From a virus (Duplodnaviria; Caudoviricetes): DNA of 27,225 bases. Location: positions 1 through 27,225 of IMG/VR virus record IMGVR_UViG_3300011423_000025, one strand, 5' to 3'. A program made the translations under genes and the position numbers. Shown piece after piece: positions 22,762 to 27,225 of the stretch (the stretch's first letter is position 1; each line of letters starts with the position of its first letter). Below the pieces are notes generated by a model that saw only the letters and a program-made list of their open reading frames with translations, did not search any database and was not told the DNA's origin.

Positions 22762-23682
22762 ATGGCGAAGTCGAAAAACGAGGACGCGCGACCGGCCGAG
22801 GCGCCCCCCGCGCCGTTGCCGGCGCCCGTTGCGTCGGCCAATCTGCCGGCCACGCTCGCGCCTTCGAGCCGCGTCGAGGGGCTCGACGAGGTGCTGCCCG
22901 GGCAGGTCAACGTCCCGATGCTCGTGCTCGTGCAGGGCACGTCGAAGGACGTGGGTGAGGCGCGGGTCGGTGAGTGGCTGCTGCGCTCGACCGGCAAGGT
23001 CTACGGCACGAAGGTCCGCATCGTGCCCGTCTCGCAGTTCAATACACGCGGCTACTTCCGCAAGGATGAGGACGCACCCGCCTGCACCTCGCTCGACGGC
23101 CGCGTGCCCGAGAGCGGGTCGTCGCCCGCGGATCCGCGGGGCGTCGTCTACCATGACTGCGGTCGCTGCTTCTTCGCGCAGCGACATCCCGATCCGAAGA
23201 ACCCGCGGAGCAAGCTGCCCTCGCCCTGCGCGGCACAGATCAACTTCCTGGCACTCGTATGGGGGATGGAGGACGAGGAGATCGACCGGCAACTCTGCCG
23301 CATCCGGTTCAAGCGCTCGTCCTGGCTCTGCGGGTCGCAGATCATCAGCAACGCGCAGATGAACGCCTTGCGCGTCAAGACGCTATGGGGCACGCTCTAC
23401 GAACTCTCGACGAAGATCGAGGAGGGCGGCATGGGCAAGTACGGCGTTCCGAGCGCGCGCGTGATTGGGCCGATCGAGAAGACGTTCCCGAACATCTCGG
23501 AAGAGGCGCGCGCCTACTCGATGATCTGGTCGAAGCAGCGCGAGTTGCTCGCCCGAGAGAGCCTCGCGCCCGACACCGAAGAGATGGAGGGGGTCGCACC
23601 GGCCGACGTTCACGCCGCGCCCGCGTCAAAGGGTGTGGCGCCGAACGAGGGAGGTCCGCCGGTCGACGACTTGCCCTTCTGA
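22762..23682 (+). CDS. Putative single-stranded DNA-binding protein
   Basis: Acidic C-terminal tail ending DDLPF, N-terminal VPMLVLVQ, and Cys residues (C-SLDG, CGRC, PC). Located in the replication cluster. Confidence 0.7.
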   Translation: MAKSKNEDARPAEAPPAPLPAPVASANLPATLAPSSRVEGLDEVLPGQVNVPMLVLVQGTSKDVGEARVGEWLLRSTGKVYGTKVRIVPVSQFNTRGYFRKDEDAPACTSLDGRVPESGSSPADPRGVVYHDCGRCFFAQRHPDPKNPRSKLPSPCAAQINFLALVWGMEDEEIDRQLCRIRFKRSSWLCGSQIISNAQMNALRVKTLWGTLYELSTKIEEGGMGKYGVPSARVIGPIEKTFPNISEEARAYSMIWSKQRELLARESLAPDTEEMEGVAPADVHAAPASKGVAPNEGGPPVDDLPF

Positions 23683-23746
23683 AATGATGGCGGCGGCCGA
23701 CGCGCTTCGCGGACAGCGCGTCGGTCGTCGTCGTTCAACCTGGAGA

Positions 23747-23986
23747 ATGAACGTGAACACGGCACCGAAGGATCAGATGACGCGCCGCGAACTACTGGTG
23801 CGCCGCGTCAAGCGCGGCGAGGGCCTTTCGTGGCGCGAGGTCGCGACCAGTCTTGGCTTCGGATCGATCGGCGGGCTCATGAACGTCCTCGGTTCGGACG
23901 CCCCGCAGGACGCGACGTTGACGCGCCTGCGCGATTGGCTCGCGCGATTCGGCGTCAACGCAACACTCGACGATCTCGCGCGATAG
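23747..23986 (+). CDS. Small HTH (Cro/XRE-like) DNA-binding protein
   Basis: GLSWREVATSLGFGSIGGLMNVL helix-turn-helix, SD GGAG. Start is ATG 23747 or GTG 23753. Confidence 0.7.
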   Translation: MNVNTAPKDQMTRRELLVRRVKRGEGLSWREVATSLGFGSIGGLMNVLGSDAPQDATLTRLRDWLARFGVNATLDDLAR

Positions 23987-24028
23987 CGTCGAATCGACCG
24001 GGCCAAGATCGATGGGGGAGGGGTCCAA

Positions 24029-26740
24029 GTGTCCGATCCTGTTTATGCGCAAGCATTCGTATCTGCGTTCCGCGACCTGTTCGACGGGCAGCGGGAGTTC
24101 TACGCCGAGGAGAGCGTGCCGTGCGTCGTCGAGCCCATCAGTGATGAGCGCATTCGAGACCACCTCGAAGGCCGGCGGCGTCTTGGCATCTACGCGATGG
24201 CGGGCCGCGAGCGCGATCACTGCCGATGGATCGTCGCGGACGTGCAGGGGCCGGATTGGGAGCTCGCGCTCGCGCTGGAGCGTCGGCTCGAAGACGGCCA
24301 CGGGATCAAGGCTCACATCGAGCGCAGCAAGTCGGGCGGCTGGCACGTGTGGGTCTTCTTCGCGGCCTGGGTTCGCTGCTGGAAGGCGCGCGCGGCGATA
24401 GGTCTCGCGATCGCTGACATCCGCGACCGCGCAATCCATCCCATCGAGATCATCCCCGATCAGAATCAGATTCCGGCCGAGCCGGCCGACCTGCGCGGGC
24501 GCTACGTCTGGCTGCCGCTGTTCGGGCGCGATGTCGCGACGGGGCGGACGTGCTTCTACGTCGATGTCGCCGGGCGCCCCGTGCTCGTGAAGGACTGGAC
24601 GCCGACGCGCGTCGCGTCGAACCGGGAGATCGCGCTCGACCACCTGCTCGACGGAATGGACGAGAGCGAACGCGCGACCGCCTATGCGCGCGGGGACGAC
24701 GAGGCGCCGAGCGAGCGGCGGGTCGACGCGCTGCTGCCCTGCGCGACGCGCGTCTTGAAGGACGGGGCGCGCGACGACGCCGTGCCCGAGTGGGCGAAGC
24801 GGCTCGCGATTCATCTACGCCGCAACGGCTACCGCGAGGAGCAGACGCTCGCGACGCTCAAACCCTGGAACCAGCGGCTCTGCGTCCCCGAACTCGACGG
24901 CGAGGCGCTGCGCTCGATCGTGGCCGCGACGTACGACCCCGCGAACGCGAAGGAGGGGCTCGGCTGCGACCACCCGCTCGTTGTCCCGTGCTGCGCGAAG
25001 GGCGAGTGCCCCGTCTGGCGCGTCGCGCATCTTGCGCCGGCCGAGGCCGCGAGGCCGAAGATCGATCCGAAGCGCGTCGTCATGGACAAGGACGATGCGG
25101 CGACGATGTCGTTTTGGTTCTCGCGCGGAGAATTGAAGTACCGCGTACTGAATCTCGACAACTCGCGCGGAGCGATGCGTTGCCTGCTCATCATCGAGAA
25201 GGATGGTGAGACGGTCTGGAAGCAGGCGGCAAATCTCGACAGCACGCGCAGCCGCACCGAAGTCGAGAAGAAGGTCTTCGAGCGCTGCAAGATCGGCGAC
25301 GTGTCCACCGACCTCATGAATATATCTGATGGGATCATGAAGCGATTGGAGGAGACGGTTCGGAAGGATCGAACGAAGGCGGAGAGCGCGAGGCAGGGCT
25401 ACGTACTGACGGAGCAGGAGACACGCGCCGTGCAGCAGTGGGCGCGCGAGCATCCTCGCATTCTGTACGACGTGATCGAATACACATCTCGACACGGACT
25501 CATTCGCGAGTTTGCAAACCGACTGCTGGTCTATCTGCTCGGCACGAGTCGCAAGATGAAGTCCCCATTCAGCGGCATCGGCAAGGGTGACGCCGCGAGC
25601 GGCAAATCGTTTCTCGCATCGGCGATCTTCAAGCTCATGCCCGAAGAGGATCTCGTCGAATATACGCGCATCACGAGCGCCGCCCTCTACTACCGCGACG
25701 AGTACGCGCTCCAGAATAAAATCTTCTTCGTGCGCGAGGCGCCTGGAGCCGATGGCAGCGAGCATTCGATCCGTACGTTCATGACGGAGGGCGATCTCAC
25801 ACAGTCAACCGTGCAGAAGGACGAGAGCGGTCGCAACGTGTCGGTCGACATGAAGATCCGCGGACCCATCGCGTTCTACACCACGACGACGCTGGTCGAG
25901 ATCAACCCCGAGAATGAAACAAGATTGCTGCAAGTCCATGCAGACGAGACGCGCGAGATGAACGAGGCGATTCTCAAACCCATCGCATGGGCCGCGCAGC
26001 ACGGATCTTTAGATCCGTCACCCGATACGCTGCTCGCATGGCGGAACTTCCAACGTGTGCTGGTCAAGGGCGCGGGTGTCGTCGTCCCATTTGCGAAGCG
26101 ACTCATGTCGGGCTTTCCAACATCGAACCTGCGTTCTCGACGCGATTTCGCGCGCCTGCTCGATCTCATCAAGGCGTGCGCCTACTTGCATCAGTTCCAT
26201 CGACAGAAACATACTTACGTGGACGACGCCGGGCAGCCCCACGATGACATCGTCGCATCGGTCGCAGACTACGCGATCGTGAAGCGCGTCGTCGGAGCTT
26301 CGATGATGAAGTCGGCGCTCGATGTGAAGGCGGGGCAGGAAGAGCTCATCAAGGCTGTTAACGCGATCACGGAGACGGCGATCCTTGAAGCGAAGTCGGG
26401 TCGCACTCCATTGCAACATACCGAGGCCGAGCGTGACGGCAATGGAGATTGGACAGTTTGGATCGCGACGCCTGCGATCCGAGAGTATCTCGGCAAGACG
26501 CAGCGCGCCGTGCGCGATCTTGTGCGCACGCTGGAGGAGCAAGGCATCGTGATCGTGGCTCCGAATCGCAAGCCGACGCGATTGCGGATCGGGGATCGCG
26601 TCGTGAATGGTGAGCTTGTACTACCGACGATCGACCCGGAAGAACTGTTCGCGGATGCGCCGCAGGATCGTGCGCTCGCGTACGACCCGCTGACAGCGCC
26701 CGACTTCGATCAGATCCATCGTTTCGATGCGCCATCGTGA
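24029..26740 (+). CDS. Primase-helicase fusion: AEP (TOTE-like) primase + Cys-rich PriCT/PriL-like domain + P-loop ATPase + C-terminal wHTH
   Basis: HLEGRRRLGIY and ERSKSGGWHVWVFF (AEP motif II), then LLPC...GC...CC..GECP, Walker A GDAASGKS and RSRRDFARLLDLI. Confidence 0.8.
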   Translation: MSDPVYAQAFVSAFRDLFDGQREFYAEESVPCVVEPISDERIRDHLEGRRRLGIYAMAGRERDHCRWIVADVQGPDWELALALERRLEDGHGIKAHIERSKSGGWHVWVFFAAWVRCWKARAAIGLAIADIRDRAIHPIEIIPDQNQIPAEPADLRGRYVWLPLFGRDVATGRTCFYVDVAGRPVLVKDWTPTRVASNREIALDHLLDGMDESERATAYARGDDEAPSERRVDALLPCATRVLKDGARDDAVPEWAKRLAIHLRRNGYREEQTLATLKPWNQRLCVPELDGEALRSIVAATYDPANAKEGLGCDHPLVVPCCAKGECPVWRVAHLAPAEAARPKIDPKRVVMDKDDAATMSFWFSRGELKYRVLNLDNSRGAMRCLLIIEKDGETVWKQAANLDSTRSRTEVEKKVFERCKIGDVSTDLMNISDGIMKRLEETVRKDRTKAESARQGYVLTEQETRAVQQWAREHPRILYDVIEYTSRHGLIREFANRLLVYLLGTSRKMKSPFSGIGKGDAASGKSFLASAIFKLMPEEDLVEYTRITSAALYYRDEYALQNKIFFVREAPGADGSEHSIRTFMTEGDLTQSTVQKDESGRNVSVDMKIRGPIAFYTTTTLVEINPENETRLLQVHADETREMNEAILKPIAWAAQHGSLDPSPDTLLAWRNFQRVLVKGAGVVVPFAKRLMSGFPTSNLRSRRDFARLLDLIKACAYLHQFHRQKHTYVDDAGQPHDDIVASVADYAIVKRVVGASMMKSALDVKAGQEELIKAVNAITETAILEAKSGRTPLQHTEAERDGNGDWTVWIATPAIREYLGKTQRAVRDLVRTLEEQGIVIVAPNRKPTRLRIGDRVVNGELVLPTIDPEELFADAPQDRALAYDPLTAPDFDQIHRFDAPS

Positions 26741-26754
26741 CAAAGGAGAACACC

Positions 26755-27225
26755 GTGTCCGTGAAGACTGCAACAAAGATCCATTGGTCCCGCAAGCTGA
26801 TCCGCCTCGGCGCGTGCGAGGAAGCGGTCGAATATTCGAAGGCGCAACCGTCCTTCGCCGTCGCGTGGAAAAAGTGCGAGCGCGGCGACTGGATGCTTTG
26901 GCTTGCCGGCCGGCTCTCGGGCCCTCCGAAGAGTGCGTCGCGCAAGAAGCTGGTCCTCGCGGCCTGCGCGTGCGCCCGGCTCTCGTTGCCGCACGTCCCT
27001 GCCGGCGAGGAGCGCCCGCGTATCGCGATCGAGACGGCCGAGCGGTGGGCGCGCGGCGTAAAGGGTGTCACGCTCGATCAGGTGCGATCCGCCGCCTCCT
27101 ACTCCGCCTCCTACTCCGCCTCCTACTCCGCCGCCGCCGCCGCCTCCTCCGCCGCCTACACCGCCGCCTCCTGCTCCGCCGCCTACACCGCCGCCTCCTG
27201 CTCCGCCGCCTACGCCGCCGCCTCC
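26755..27225 (+). CDS. Imm5-like helical protein with Ala/Ser/Tyr low-complexity repeat (truncated by window end)
   Basis: SD AAGGAG then GTG. Motifs LGACEEAV, AWKKCERGDWMLWL, LAACACARLSLP and RPRIAIETAERWARG. No stop before 27225. Confidence 0.75.
   Translation, partial: MSVKTATKIHWSRKLIRLGACEEAVEYSKAQPSFAVAWKKCERGDWMLWLAGRLSGPPKSASRKKLVLAACACARLSLPHVPAGEERPRIAIETAERWARGVKGVTLDQVRSAASYSASYSASYSAAAAASSAAYTAASCSAAYTAASCSAAYAAAS
27088..27225 (+). repeat. In-frame codon-level tandem repeats
   Basis: (GCCTCCTACTCC)x3 and a 27-bp unit GCCGCCTACACCGCCGCCTCCTGCTCC x2 plus a partial third copy. Only NCC, TAC and TGC codons occur. Confidence 0.85.

Noticed and set aside
4486-26740. Genome-wide TAG reassignment (genetic code 15)
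   Set aside because: Long genes (terL, portal, capsid, helicase, primase) are intact under code 11 with no internal TAG. TAG occurs only at plausible gene ends, and no CUA-anticodon tRNA was seen. Only occasional read-through remains possible.
27088-27225. CRISPR array or DGR variable/template repeat
   Set aside because: The repeats are contiguous in-frame codon repeats without spacers. No cas genes, reverse transcriptase or adenine-specific paired repeat were seen in the window.

Overview
This is a GC-rich (~65%) fragment of a tailed dsDNA phage with an HK97-fold capsid and a siphovirus-type tail, arranged as two divergent arms. The minus-strand arm (17731 to the left edge) encodes, in order, a RuvC-like resolvase, small hypothetical and Zn-finger genes, a TerS-like gene, a C1q/BclA-like beta-sandwich protein, TerL, a Zn-ribbon protein, an MptE/Maf/CST-II-like transferase, a portal-MuF fusion, prohead protease, major capsid, a small lipoprotein, neck proteins, tail terminator, tail tube and the tail assembly chaperone pair. 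The plus-strand arm (18266 to the right edge) carries small early genes, a DUF932-like gene remnant, a SNF2-like helicase, an SSB-like protein, an HTH protein, a primase-ATPase fusion and a truncated Imm5-like Ala-repeat protein. The main signal beyond the ORF track is non-coding RNA. A complete type II hammerhead ribozyme with its pseudoknot lies in the early leader (18133-18214). An initiator-like tRNA(CAU) with non-canonical features follows the tail tube gene (815-888). A degenerate tRNA-like fold sits on the terL ribosome-binding site (12652-12723), and several G-U-rich hairpins and terminators are present. Most TAG-ended genes are in frame with the next gene, so transferase, portal, protease and capsid form one reading frame broken only by three amber codons. 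All calls come from manual motif and base-pairing inspection; no searches were run.
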